Shown here: positions 9,377 to 18,984 of the stretch, piece by piece
Layout: each line of letters opens with the position of its first letter
Numbering within the stretch: position 1 is the first letter of the stretch
From: Verrucomicrobiota bacterium
GTDB lineage: Bacteria; Verrucomicrobiota; Verrucomicrobiia; Limisphaerales; J093
Length of the DNA stretch: 28,356 bases
NCBI GenBank assembly: GCA_003695015.1
Contig: RFJD01000389.1
Coordinates: 1 to 28,356, forward strand
Direction: 5' to 3'
Notes under the pieces: model-generated
Database searches by the model: none
Told to the model about the DNA's origin: nothing
What the model saw: only the letters and a program-made list of their open reading frames with translations
Position numbers and translations under genes: made by a program

Positions 9377-9894
9377 GGTTCGAGATCCTCTCCGCCCAGC
9401 AGCCGCAACTGCCGCGGCGCCAACAACCACTCCAACACGCCACAAGGGCCCGGCTCCAAGGCGTTGATGCTCAGGCAGGCCAGGCCGCTTTTCTTGAACC
9501 GGATCGGCAGCATCGGCCCGCCGCCGATCAGGAGCGCCACCAGCTCACTCAGCCATGGTTCGTGCCCCACCAACAGGAGGTTTTCCGGCGGCGGCCGCAA
9601 GGACCGAATCTCTTGGATCAATTCCACCTGCCGGTCGTCCTCCGCCAACCACTTCGAAAACTCCACCTCCACTCCCGCATCCAGCACCGCCGCCACGATC
9701 TCCGCGGTCTCCCGGGCCCTCACCAACGGGCTGGACAGAATCCGGTCGAACCGCAAGCCCATGCGTCGCATCCCGCGCGCCGCCAGCTCCACCCGACGCC
9801 GCCCCTCCGGAGTCAACGCCCGGCTTGCGTCGTCCCGCAGTCCGGGGCCTTCGCGGGGTTCGGCCTTTCCGTGGCGGAGGAGGTAGAGCTTCAT
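9373..9894 (-). CDS. sixA: Phosphohistidine phosphatase SixA
   Basis: LLRHGKAE (RHG motif), SSPLVRARETA and LVGHEP. Confidence 0.92.
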   Translation of the reverse strand: MKLYLLRHGKAEPREGPGLRDDASRALTPEGRRRVELAARGMRRMGLRFDRILSSPLVRARETAEIVAAVLDAGVEVEFSKWLAEDDRQVELIQEIRSLRPPPENLLLVGHEPWLSELVALLIGGGPMLPIRFKKSGLACLSINALEPGPCGVLEWLLAPRQLRLLGGEDLEP

Positions 9895-10019
9895 CGCGCC
9901 CCCAATCTGGGCCGGGCCGCCGTCCGGCGCAAGCCTGCCCGGGCCGGCCGGCCGGTCCCGCGTCGCCGCCGGCCGCGATGAAGCTTGACCCGGGCGGCGG
10001 GCCTTGCGACACCTCCGCC

Positions 10020-11294
10020 ATGCAAAACCACGCGCGCCGTTGGCTCTCTCTTGCTGTCCTGCTGGCCGGCCTTCCCACCCTGGGCGGCGAGATCTCCTTC
10101 GAGAAACACCGGCTCACCCGGGAGTTCTGGGGTGAGGGGGCGGACTACGCCGACTTCAACCGCGACGGGCACAACGACGTCGTCTGCGGCCCCTTCTGGT
10201 ATGCCGGACCGGATTTCCGCCAACGCCACGCCTATGCGCCGGCCGAGGCGTCGTTCGTCCGCAAGGACGAAAACGGCCGCGAAGAACGGATCCCCGGCTA
10301 CGAAGGCGCCCTGGGACGCCGCAACGCCTACTCGAACTGCTTTTTCTGCTTCACCGACGATTTCAACCGGGACGGCTGGCCCGATGTGCTGGTGATCGGT
10401 CTGCCGGGCGAACCGGCGTACTGGTACGAGAACCCCCGGGGCAAGGCGGGCCACTGGCCCAAACACCTCGCCATCCCCGTCCCCGACGGCGAATCGCCGG
10501 TGTATATGGACGTGGACGGCGACGGCTGGCGGGAGATCGTCGCCTGCACGGGCGGCCGGATGGGCTACTTCGTTCCCAACCGGGAACACCCGACCGAGCC
10601 ATGGACCTTTGTCGCCGTCAGTCCCGGCAAGAACTATCACAAGTACTCGCACGGCCAGGGCGCCGGCGACGTCAACGGCGACGGCCGGGTGGACCTTCTC
10701 GAATCCAACGGTTGGTACGAACAACCCGCCTCCTTGGCGGGCCGGCCAGTTTGGAAGTTCCATCCCTTTGTGTTTTGCCCGCCGACCGACCCCGGCATCC
10801 CGGTTGGCGGCGCCCAGATCCATGTTTGCGACGTCAATGGCGACGGCCTCAACGACGTGGTGACGGCCATCGCCTGCCATGGCTATGGGTTGGCGTGGTA
10901 CGAACAACGCCGCGGCCCGGACGGTGCCATCGATTTCGTCCGGCACCAGTTCGTCGGCAAGAAACCGTCCGACAACCCGTACGGCGTGGCCTTCTCCCAG
11001 CCCCATGCCCTGGACATGGCCGACATCAACGGGGACGGCCTCCCCGACCTGATCACCGGCAAACGCTTCTGGGCGCACGGGCCCACGGGCGACGTCGAGC
11101 CCAACGCCCCGGCGGTCCTCTACTGGTTCGAGCTGCGCCGGCAGGACGGCCGGGCGGAGTTCGTGCCGCATTTGGTGGACGACGACTCGGGCGTGGGCAC
11201 GCAGGTGAAGGCCGGGGACATTGACGGCGACGGCCTGCCGGACATCGTGGTCGGGAACAAGAAGGGCCTGCACGTGTTCCTGCAACGGCGGTGA
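10020..11294 (+). CDS. Secreted FG-GAP/VCBS-repeat beta-propeller protein
   Basis: Signal peptide MQNHARRWLSLAVLLAGLPTLGG, followed by seven D(F/V/I)(N/D)xDGxxD(V/L/I)-type repeats (DFNRDGHND, DFNRDGWPD, DVDGDGWRE, DVNGDGRVD, DVNGDGLND, DINGDGLPD, DIDGDGLPD). Confidence 0.88.
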   Translation: MQNHARRWLSLAVLLAGLPTLGGEISFEKHRLTREFWGEGADYADFNRDGHNDVVCGPFWYAGPDFRQRHAYAPAEASFVRKDENGREERIPGYEGALGRRNAYSNCFFCFTDDFNRDGWPDVLVIGLPGEPAYWYENPRGKAGHWPKHLAIPVPDGESPVYMDVDGDGWREIVACTGGRMGYFVPNREHPTEPWTFVAVSPGKNYHKYSHGQGAGDVNGDGRVDLLESNGWYEQPASLAGRPVWKFHPFVFCPPTDPGIPVGGAQIHVCDVNGDGLNDVVTAIACHGYGLAWYEQRRGPDGAIDFVRHQFVGKKPSDNPYGVAFSQPHALDMADINGDGLPDLITGKRFWAHGPTGDVEPNAPAVLYWFELRRQDGRAEFVPHLVDDDSGVGTQVKAGDIDGDGLPDIVVGNKKGLHVFLQRR

Positions 11295-11305
11295 ACGAAC
11301 CGAAC

Positions 11306-11354
11306 CGGCCGTCCTCGCGGAAGCCCGCCCGGACGGGCTGGCGAGGATGGGCCG
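11306..11354 (+). terminator. GC-rich hairpin downstream of the FG-GAP gene (possible terminator, no U-tract)
   Basis: Outer arms gtcctcgc/gcgaggat and inner arms agcccg/cgggct. Confidence 0.4.
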
Positions 11355-11409
11355 TTGATGCGAGGGTTGGGGCCGCGCCCCGAACCGGGCGTCAGGCAAA
11401 CGCGGGACG

Positions 11410-11889
11410 ATGTATTCCGAGACCCAATTCCATGGCGAATGGCGGTGGCAGCCGTTCCTGAAACGCTGGGCGGTGACGACGCTGGGGGTGTTGGTCGCCG
11501 CCAACGTCGTCCCCGGCATCGAGTATCACTCGCTGGGGGCGTTGCTGGCGGCTTCGCTTCTGCTGGGGTTGCTCAACGCCTTCGTCCGGCCGTTTCTGCT
11601 CCTGCTGTCCCTGCCGTTGCTGGTCTTCACACTGGGGCTGTTCGTCCTGTTCATCAACGCCTGCCTGCTCTACCTGGTCGGCGGTCTGGTGGGCAGCGGT
11701 TTCGAGGTGCGGACCTTCGGCGCGGCGTTCTGGGGCGGCCTGCTGATCAGCCTGGTCTCCCTGGCGGTCAACCTGCTCACCGGAGGCAGCCGGGTCCGCT
11801 TCCGCTGGCGGCGGGAACACCGCCGGCGTTTTCCGCCGGAGGACGAACCGCCCGGGCTGGGCGGCAGCGGTCCGCTGATCGACGTCTGA
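11410..11889 (+). CDS. 4-TM membrane protein of the YvlD/DUF360 (phage holin superfamily IV-like) family
   Basis: VVPGIEY...LLLGLLNAFVRPFL...LPL...TLGLF...INA...GFEVRTFGAAFWGGLLISLVS pattern. Confidence 0.85.
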   Translation: MYSETQFHGEWRWQPFLKRWAVTTLGVLVAANVVPGIEYHSLGALLAASLLLGLLNAFVRPFLLLLSLPLLVFTLGLFVLFINACLLYLVGGLVGSGFEVRTFGAAFWGGLLISLVSLAVNLLTGGSRVRFRWRREHRRRFPPEDEPPGLGGSGPLIDV

Positions 11890-11901
11890 CCGGTCCCGCG
11901 C

Positions 11902-12825
11902 TCAGCGCGCGTCCGAACCGCCGGCCGGGTCCTCCGCCCAGCGGCGCGTCAGGCCGCCATAAGCGTCCACCCGCCGGTCCCGCCAGAAAGGCCACCACCG
12001 GCGGCACTCTTCGATCCGCCGCCAATCCAGCTCGACCAGCAACGTCTCCTCGCGATCCTCCGGCGCCCGGGCCAACACCTCGCCCAGCGGCCCCGCCACA
12101 AAACTGCCGCCCCAGAACTCGATCCCCTCGGTACCCGGCGCCTCCTCGAACCCGACCCGGTTCACCGCCGCGACGAAGCAGCCGTTGGCAATGGCATGGC
12201 TCCGCTGGATCAACTCCCAAGCCTCGCGCTGGCGCGCTCCTTCGGCCGCCTTCTCCGACGGCAGCCAGCCGATCGCCGTCGGGTACAGCAACAGCTCCGC
12301 GCCCGCCATGGCCGTCAAACGGGCGGCTTCCGGAAACCACTGGTCCCAGCAGATCAACACGCCCAGCCGGCCGTGACGCGTCCGCCAGCTTCGGAAGCCG
12401 GTGTCGCCCGGCGCGAAGTAGAACTTCTCGTGGAACTGCGGGTCCTCCGGGATGTGCATCTTGCGATACAGGCCCAGCAGGGAACCGTCGGCGTCGATCA
12501 CCACCGCCGTGTTGTGGAACAGGCCCGGCGCGCGACGCTCGAAAAGGGAGACCACGACGACGACCTCCCGCTCCCGCGCCAGCGCCTGAAAGCGCCGGGT
12601 CGTCGGCCCCGGGATCGGTTCGGCCAGCTCCAGCAAGGCCGGATCAACCCGCTGACAGAAATAGGGCGTGGCGAACAGCTCCTGCGTGCAGATGATCCGG
12701 GCCCCCTGCTCCGCCGCTTCCCGCGCGGCGGCCAGGGTTTCCTCGATGTTGCGTTGGGGATCCGGATGCGCCCGCCGCTGCAGGAGGGCGAGTTTCACCG
12801 GGCCGGCTTCGTTGCGCGCTGCCAT
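11902..12825 (-). CDS. Carbon-nitrogen hydrolase, N-carbamoylputrescine amidase (AguB)-like
   Basis: Catalytic triad motifs CTQELF (E), YRKMHIP (K) and ICWDQWFPE (C), plus YPTAIGW. Confidence 0.9.
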   Translation of the reverse strand: MAARNEAGPVKLALLQRRAHPDPQRNIEETLAAAREAAEQGARIICTQELFATPYFCQRVDPALLELAEPIPGPTTRRFQALAREREVVVVVSLFERRAPGLFHNTAVVIDADGSLLGLYRKMHIPEDPQFHEKFYFAPGDTGFRSWRTRHGRLGVLICWDQWFPEAARLTAMAGAELLLYPTAIGWLPSEKAAEGARQREAWELIQRSHAIANGCFVAAVNRVGFEEAPGTEGIEFWGGSFVAGPLGEVLARAPEDREETLLVELDWRRIEECRRWWPFWRDRRVDAYGGLTRRWAEDPAGGSDAR

Positions 12826-12846
12826 CGGCCGACGGTAGAGCGGCGC

Positions 12847-13890
12847 TCAGGCCGCGGACAAGCCGCGGGAACCGCGTCCCCGGCGGCCGGCCCGGGTGCG
12901 GGCGGTGTTTTCCAAGAGCTTGGTGCTGCCTCTGGCCCCGTTGATGGCTTCCGGGGGGATTTGCCCGAACAGTTCCCGCATGTAACGGCCGAGGGTCTCG
13001 TTCGTCGGCCCCAAGCCCTTGTGATAGATGTTCCACTCGAGGTCGTCCCGGAGATCGTCGGCGCTTTGGTAACGCCGAAGCGGATCCCGTTCGAGCGCCT
13101 TGGCCAGGATCCGCGCCAAATCGTCGTCGATGCGCGGATCCATCGCTTGGAAGGGCGGAAGCGGCTTCTCGATCACGTTCCGGCGGCTCTCCTCGCTGCT
13201 GCCGCCGCGGAAGGGATTGTGCCCCAGTAACAGCTCCAACAACACTACGCCGGTCGAGAACAGGTCGGATCGCTTGTCGGTGACGCGGAAGTCGGCCTGT
13301 TCCGGGCTCATGTAGGCCGGTTTGCCCACGGCCACCTCGCCTTCGCGGTCGGTCAGGTAGCCCCGCGCCTTGGCCACGCCGAAATCGGTCAGCTTCACGT
13401 CCCCTTCGAAGGCGATCATGACGTTCTTCGGGTTGACGTCGCGGTGCACGATGCCCAGCGGTTTGCCGTCGGGACCCCGCTTGGCATGGGCGTAGGCCAG
13501 GCCGCGGGCGATCCGGCTGGCGATAAACACCGCCATCTCCTTGGGAAGCTGACGTCCCTTGGACTCGAGCTGGCGGCGGAACTGCTCGAGGTTCACCCCG
13601 TTGATGTACTCCATGGTGATGAAGCAGAGGCCGTCGGCCTCACCGAGGTGGTAGGTTTGGACGATGTTGGTGTGGATCAGGTCCGCCACCAGCTTGGCCT
13701 CGCCGATGAAGTTGTCCATGAACATCTTCTGGCGGGCGAAGCGCTCCCGGATGGTCTTCAACGCCACCCGTTTCCGGAACCCGCGGGCGCCCAGTTGGGC
13801 GGCTTCATAGACGATCCCCATCCCGCCCTCGGCGATCTTGCGGGTCACCTCGTAGGTGAACCCGTCCTGGATGGTGAACAGCGGGGCCAT
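12847..13890 (-). CDS. Hanks-type Ser/Thr protein kinase, cytoplasmic and stand-alone
   Basis: IAEGGMGIVY, VALK, HRDVNPKN, DFG and GKPAYMSPEQ. Start at 13890 is favoured by the promoter TTGACA-N16-GACGAT-N7-ATG; the alternative is 13899. Confidence 0.93.
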   Translation of the reverse strand: MAPLFTIQDGFTYEVTRKIAEGGMGIVYEAAQLGARGFRKRVALKTIRERFARQKMFMDNFIGEAKLVADLIHTNIVQTYHLGEADGLCFITMEYINGVNLEQFRRQLESKGRQLPKEMAVFIASRIARGLAYAHAKRGPDGKPLGIVHRDVNPKNVMIAFEGDVKLTDFGVAKARGYLTDREGEVAVGKPAYMSPEQADFRVTDKRSDLFSTGVVLLELLLGHNPFRGGSSEESRRNVIEKPLPPFQAMDPRIDDDLARILAKALERDPLRRYQSADDLRDDLEWNIYHKGLGPTNETLGRYMRELFGQIPPEAINGARGSTKLLENTARTRAGRRGRGSRGLSAA

Positions 13891-14096
13891 GACCGGCATC
13901 GTCTCCGCTCATCGACGCGTGTCAAGCCGCTTTCCTCCGACCCGGCATCGGCCCACGGCTGACCGGCGGCGGTCGCATCCGCTCCGCCCACCGTCCCGCC
14001 CAAGCCTCACTCCGGGCTGGATTCAGAAAAAAAACGGGAAACGCCCCCGGAAACGGACGACCAACGCGAAGCAGTGAAGGGGAAACAAAAAAAAGC

Positions 14097-14172
14097 TGGT
14101 GGAGCCGAGGGGATTCGAACCCCTGACCCCCACAATGCCATTGTGGTGCTCTACCAACTGAGCTACGACCCC
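14097..14172 (-). tRNA. tRNA-Ala (anticodon GGC), 76 nt, CCA encoded
   Basis: GGGGTCGTAGCTCAGTTGGTAGAGCACCACAATGGCATTGTGGGGGTCAGGGGTTCGAATCCCCTCGGCTCCACCA has a G3-U70 pair, a CCACA/TGTGG anticodon stem and a TTCGAAT T-loop. Confidence 0.98.
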
Positions 14173-14189
14173 AGCCAAAGGCGGCGCAA

Positions 14190-14218
14190 ACGATGAACGC
14201 TCCGCCCCGGAATGTCAA
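14190..14218 (-). promoter_or_regulatory. tRNA promoter TTGACA-N17-CATCGT with GC-rich discriminator
   Basis: On the plus strand, tgtcaa is at 14213-14218 and acgatg at 14190-14195. The -35 contains the recG TGA stop. Confidence 0.7.
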
Positions 14219-16224
14219 CCCCCCGAAGTGCCGGCGCCCGGTTTTTTTTCCTCCCGGTCCAGCCAACGGGCCGCGATGTCCCGGGCCTGCTCGACCAGAT
14301 CCAGGTCCGACGCCAGATCGCCGAACCGCAGGGGCGGCAGGCCGCTTTGCGCCTGACCCAGCAACTCGCCCGGACCGCGCAGGCGAAGGTCCGCTTCCGC
14401 GATCCGGAAACCGTCGGTCGTCTCCTCCAACACCTTCAGGCGCGCCCGGGCCTCGGGCGTCCGCGCGGTGCTGATCAGAATGCACACCGCCGGCCGGCCG
14501 CCGCGCCCGATCCGACCCCGCAACTGGTGGAGTTGCGCCAAGCCGAAGCGGTCGGCGTTCTCGATGACCATCAGGTTCGCGTCCGGGACGTCGATCCCCA
14601 CCTCGATCACGCTGCTGGCCACCAAGATCCGCGTCCGCCCTTCCCGGAAAGCCCGAATGGCCGCGGCCTTTTCCTCGGCGGACATCCGGCCGTGCAGCAA
14701 CCCCACCGCGTGAGGCGCGAAGCGGGCGGCCAGTTTGCGCTGCTCTTCCAACACCGCCTTCAGCCCCGAACCGGCGTCCGATTCCTCGACCCGCGGGTAA
14801 ACCACGTACGCCTGCTCCCCCTTGGCCAGGCGGTCGGCCACGTAATCCCACACCTTCGGCAGGCTGCGCTCGGTGCGCACATGGGTTCGGACCGGCCCGC
14901 GGCCCGCCGGCAGGGCGTCGATCACCGACACGTCCAGGTCGCCGTAGAGGGTCAGCCCCAAGGTGCGCGGGATGGGCGTGGCGGTCATCACCAGCAGGTG
15001 GGGCCAGCGCCCCTTTCGCAGCAGCCGCTGGCGTTGGGCGACGCCGAATTTGTGCTGCTCGTCGATGATGACCAGCCCGAGCCGCTCCGGGTGGTAGCCC
15101 GCCTCGATCAAGGCATGGGTCCCCACCGTGACCGGCGGCAGGTTCCGGAACAACCCGTGGTCGGTCTTGCAACTGCCGGTCCACAGCTCGACCGGCACTC
15201 CCAGCGGCTCGAACCACCGGCGCAGCGTCTCGTGCTGTTGCCGGGCCAGCACCTCGGTCGGCGCCATGTAGGCCACCTCGCAACCGCTTTCGACCGCCAT
15301 GAGGGCGCAACAAGCCGCCACGACGGTCTTCCCGCAGCCCACGTCGCCCTGCAGCAGGCGGCGCATCGGATGCGGCCCGCGCAGGTCCTGGCGGAGCTCC
15401 CGCAGGACCCGCGTCTGGGCCTCCGTCAATTTGAAAGGCAGGGCCGCCAGGAAGGGGCGAATGAGCCGGTTGTCGCCGCCGCACGGCAACGCCCGGGCCC
15501 GGCGCTGGAAGCGCCGCCGCCGGCGCTGGATGCCGAGCTGCAATTCGACGAACTCCTCGAGGGCCAGCCGCCGACGGGCTCGCTCGGCATCTTCCAACTC
15601 GTCCGGGAAGTGCAGCCACCGGTAGGCTTCGCGCAGGCCGGGCAGCTCGGGCGGCATCAGTTCCCGCCGCGGATCCTCCACCGCGGGGCCGAAGCGATCG
15701 AGCGCCTGCCAGACCAACCACCGCAACGCGCGCGGACTCAAGCCCTCGGTGGCCGGGTGGACGGGCACGATGCGGTGCAGGTGGACGGTCCGTCCCTCGC
15801 CCTGTTCGAGCAATTCCGTCTCCGGGTGATCCATGGCCGGCGGCCGCAAGGAACGCACCTTGCCCCAAACCACCAGTTCCTGGCCCACCGCGAACCGCTC
15901 GGCCATGTAGGGCAGGTTCCACCACCGGCAATGCAGCCGTCCGCTGCCGTCCTCGATGATCACCTCCGCCAGCGAGCGACGTCCCCGCCGGAAGGTCCGC
16001 ACCCCGGCGGCCACCACCCGGCCCTCGACCACCGCGGTTTCGCCGACCTCCAGTTCACCGATCCGTCGCACCCGGCGGCGATCCTCGTAACGCCGCGGCC
16101 GATGCCGGAGCAGGTCGCCGACGGTCCGGATGCCCAGGCGGGCCAGTTGGGCGGCCCGTTCGGGGCCCACATGCCGCAGGACAGTGACCGGCCAATCGAG
16201 TGGATCCCGGGGTTCGGGCGCCAT
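14215..16224 (-). CDS. recG: ATP-dependent DNA helicase RecG
   Basis: GIRTVGDLLRHRPRRYEDR, QGDVGCGKT, IIDEQHKFG, MTATPIPRTL, IEVGIDVP and QLHQLRGRIGRG. Start at ATG 16224, preceded by TATAAC-N7. Confidence 0.97.
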   Translation of the reverse strand: MAPEPRDPLDWPVTVLRHVGPERAAQLARLGIRTVGDLLRHRPRRYEDRRRVRRIGELEVGETAVVEGRVVAAGVRTFRRGRRSLAEVIIEDGSGRLHCRWWNLPYMAERFAVGQELVVWGKVRSLRPPAMDHPETELLEQGEGRTVHLHRIVPVHPATEGLSPRALRWLVWQALDRFGPAVEDPRRELMPPELPGLREAYRWLHFPDELEDAERARRRLALEEFVELQLGIQRRRRRFQRRARALPCGGDNRLIRPFLAALPFKLTEAQTRVLRELRQDLRGPHPMRRLLQGDVGCGKTVVAACCALMAVESGCEVAYMAPTEVLARQQHETLRRWFEPLGVPVELWTGSCKTDHGLFRNLPPVTVGTHALIEAGYHPERLGLVIIDEQHKFGVAQRQRLLRKGRWPHLLVMTATPIPRTLGLTLYGDLDVSVIDALPAGRGPVRTHVRTERSLPKVWDYVADRLAKGEQAYVVYPRVEESDAGSGLKAVLEEQRKLAARFAPHAVGLLHGRMSAEEKAAAIRAFREGRTRILVASSVIEVGIDVPDANLMVIENADRFGLAQLHQLRGRIGRGGRPAVCILISTARTPEARARLKVLEETTDGFRIAEADLRLRGPGELLGQAQSGLPPLRFGDLASDLDLVEQARDIAARWLDREEKKPGAGTSGG

Positions 16225-16351
16225 GGCGGCGGTTATACAACGCCGTCTCCCCGCGGCCAAGCGGAGCGCCCGGCCGGACCGCGGAGGGAATGAAAAAACG
16301 CGGGCGGAGGCGTTCGCTCCACCCGCGTCGGGAAACCGTGCTTGGCCCGCC

Positions 16352-17716
16352 TCAGGCCGAGACCGACGGCAGTCCCGCCAAGGCCATGGCCAGTTCCTGC
16401 TCGTCGTAGTGCTGGTCCACCAGCTTGTCGGCGAAGTAGTCGATGTAGGCCTGCATGTCGAAGTGGCCGTGGCCGCAGAGGTTGAACAGGATGGTGCGGC
16501 TGACGCCTTCCTCCTTGCACTTGAGGGCCTCGTCGATGGCGCCGCGGATGGCGTGGTTGGCTTCCGGCGCGGCGAGAATGCCCTCGCTCCGGGCCAGTTG
16601 GACCCCGGCGGCGAAGCAGGTCTTCTGGTGGTAGGCCACCGCCTCGATCAGCCCCAGCTCCTTCAGGTGGCTCACCAGCGGCGCCATGCCGTGGTAGCGC
16701 AACCCCCCGGCGTGGAAGCCCGGCGGCGTAAAGGCCGAACCCAGCGTGTGCATCTTGACCAGCGGGGTCAAATGGGCCGTGTCGCCGAAGTCATAGGCGT
16801 ACTTGCCGCGGGTCAGGCTCGGGCAGGCGGCCGGTTCCACCGCCACCACCCGCACCTTCTTGCCGCCGCGGAGCTGCTCGCCGAGGAACGGGAAGGTCAG
16901 ACCGGCGAAATTCGAGCCGCCACCGGTGCAGCCGACGATGACGTCCGGGTAATCCCCCGCCATTTCCATCTGGGCCATGGCTTCCAGGCCCACGACCGTC
17001 TGGTGCAGCAACACGTGGTTGAGCACCGAGCCCAGGGCGTAGTTGGTGTCGGCGTTCTTGGCCGCCACCTCCACCGCCTCGGAAATGGCGATGCCCAGGC
17101 TGCCCGGGTGGTTCGGATCTTTCGCCAGAATGGCCCGGCCGCTTTCGGTCTCATCGGAGGGAGAGGGCGTGCAGGTGGCGCCGTAGCTTTCCATGAGCGC
17201 CCGGCGGTAGGGCTTCTGGTTGTAGGAGACCCGGACCATGAAGACCTTGATCTCCAAGCCGAAAAACGCCCCGGCCAACGCCAGGGAGGAACCCCACTGG
17301 CCGGCGCCGGTCTCGGTCGAGATGCGCTTGATGCCGGCCTCCTTGTTGTAAAAGGCCTGCGGGATGGCGGTGTTGGGCTTGTGGCTGCCGGCGGGGCTGA
17401 CGCCTTCGTACTTGTAGTAAATCTTCGCCGGCGTATCCAACGCCTTCTCCAGACGCCGGGCCCGGAACAGCGGCGTCGGGCGCCACTGTTTGTAAATCTC
17501 CCGAACCGGTTCGGGGATCTCGACCTCGCGCTCGGTGGTCACCTCTTGTTGGATCAGGGCCATCGGGAACAACGGCGCCAGGTCGTCGGGGCCGATCGGT
17601 TTGCCGGTCCCGGGGTGCAACACCGGGGGCAGGGGTTGGGGCAGGTCGGCCTGGATGTTGTACCAAGCCTTCGGGATGCGGCTTTCGTCCAGCAGGTATT
17701 TGATCGTGTCGCTCAT
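16352..17716 (-). CDS. trpB2: TrpB-like PLP enzyme, TrpB2 type
   Basis: [55 protein letters not shown] and NLCGHGHFD. Confidence 0.96.
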   Translation of the reverse strand: MSDTIKYLLDESRIPKAWYNIQADLPQPLPPVLHPGTGKPIGPDDLAPLFPMALIQQEVTTEREVEIPEPVREIYKQWRPTPLFRARRLEKALDTPAKIYYKYEGVSPAGSHKPNTAIPQAFYNKEAGIKRISTETGAGQWGSSLALAGAFFGLEIKVFMVRVSYNQKPYRRALMESYGATCTPSPSDETESGRAILAKDPNHPGSLGIAISEAVEVAAKNADTNYALGSVLNHVLLHQTVVGLEAMAQMEMAGDYPDVIVGCTGGGSNFAGLTFPFLGEQLRGGKKVRVVAVEPAACPSLTRGKYAYDFGDTAHLTPLVKMHTLGSAFTPPGFHAGGLRYHGMAPLVSHLKELGLIEAVAYHQKTCFAAGVQLARSEGILAAPEANHAIRGAIDEALKCKEEGVSRTILFNLCGHGHFDMQAYIDYFADKLVDQHYDEQELAMALAGLPSVSA

Positions 17717-17919
17717 GGTCGCTCAACAAGGGGCCACCCGGCCGGTCATCGCCCCGGCGGGTCCCCGGTCAGGGTTTCGATTCGGCGGCGAGTTGGCCAC
17801 AACTTCACGAGGAAGGCAATCCCGGAAGCAGGTCTCGCCCCGCCACGCGGCCGTCACCAAGGCGCCGGCCGGGTCGGACCCGTCCGCCGTCGCCGGCCGA
17901 TGGGATGCCGCACCGCCGC

Positions 17920-18957
17920 TCAGAACGAGTAGCCGACTCCCAGCAACACCTCGATGCCGTCCTTGAGCTCGACCTCCGCCCGGGTGGGCCCGTGCGACAG
18001 GCTCAGGTCGTCGAAGTACTGCCATTGGGCGCCGGCAAACACGTCCCAACCCCGGCCGAGAAAAGCCGCCACTTCGGCACGCACGTAAGCGCCCACGGCG
18101 CCGGTGGAATCGCTGCGGCTGCCGGCCACGGTGGTGGTGCCGGTGGGATCGGTCGTCGTTCCCGCATAACTGAGTTTGGCATCCAGGAGGGCCAGGGAAA
18201 CACCGGCGCCGAGGGTGCAGGCGGCATGACGGCACAGATCGATCCGGGCGGTCGGCCCGAGCTGCAGGTTCCAGATGTCGCCGTTGAGCTTGCGGTTGAT
18301 GCTGCGGTCCACCGGGTCCACCGCGCTGACGCGGTAGGTCGGCCGGTCCGGAATCGCGGGTCCGGGGCCGTTCACCGTGCCGCTGTAAGGGGCGGTGGGC
18401 GGAACCACCGAACCGAGGGTGTACAAGTCGGTGATCGTGCCTTCCTGGCTGCTCACGCTGACGGCATCCCGGGCATCGATGGCCATCCAACCGCCGATCA
18501 GGCTCACCCCCCAACTCACCCGGCCGGTGTGGCCGAGGCTCCGCGTGTAACCAAGGCTGAAGCCCCCCTGCGGATCGGCATCCTCGGTGTGGGTCAGGTC
18601 GTTGCCGGTGTTGACCGTGGCCTGGTAGGTGAGCGTGCCGAAGGCGGGGTCGTACTGGGCGGCGTCCTGATAACCCCAATACCACGTACGACCGCCGGCG
18701 TTCCCGCTGGAGTCCACCCCGACGAAGCCGTTGTCGTAGGTGCGCGGAACGCCGTTGATGTTCGGACCGGGGTCGGCCGCGCTGGCCGGACGCGCCGCCA
18801 GATCAGCGAAACGGACGCCGATGTTCAGGCCCAACCGTCCGTTGAGGAACACGCGGTTCTCGGGCACGGGAGCATAAGGGGAATCCGCCGCCATCGCCGA
18901 CGGGAGCAACACCGCCAAGGCGGCCGGCGCGAGATACTTGGGTCGTTTGGTTTTCAT
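17920..18957 (-). CDS. Hypothetical outer-membrane beta-barrel protein (about 8 predicted strands, long loops)
   Basis: Signal peptide ending AMA|AD, alternating amphipathic strands and a C-terminal EVLLGVGYSF resembling the BAM beta-signal with terminal Phe. Confidence 0.75.
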   Translation of the reverse strand: MKTKRPKYLAPAALAVLLPSAMAADSPYAPVPENRVFLNGRLGLNIGVRFADLAARPASAADPGPNINGVPRTYDNGFVGVDSSGNAGGRTWYWGYQDAAQYDPAFGTLTYQATVNTGNDLTHTEDADPQGGFSLGYTRSLGHTGRVSWGVSLIGGWMAIDARDAVSVSSQEGTITDLYTLGSVVPPTAPYSGTVNGPGPAIPDRPTYRVSAVDPVDRSINRKLNGDIWNLQLGPTARIDLCRHAACTLGAGVSLALLDAKLSYAGTTTDPTGTTTVAGSRSDSTGAVGAYVRAEVAAFLGRGWDVFAGAQWQYFDDLSLSHGPTRAEVELKDGIEVLLGVGYSF

Positions 18958-18984
18958 GGTTGCGCGGCGCCAGCTTACGCAAGC

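Noticed and set aside
11410-11889. Holin-like gene as evidence of a prophage
   Set aside because: There is no endolysin, structural or integrase gene nearby, and this 4-TM family is common in non-phage chromosomal contexts.
14026-14096. Intrinsic terminator after tRNA-Ala
   Set aside because: Two U-tracts are present on the minus strand, but only a weak 4-bp stem (cggg/cccg) precedes one of them, which is not enough to call.
14097-14125. tRNA-Ala 3' end as the attachment site of an integrated element
   Set aside because: No duplicate of the tRNA 3' end and no integrase were found in the window.
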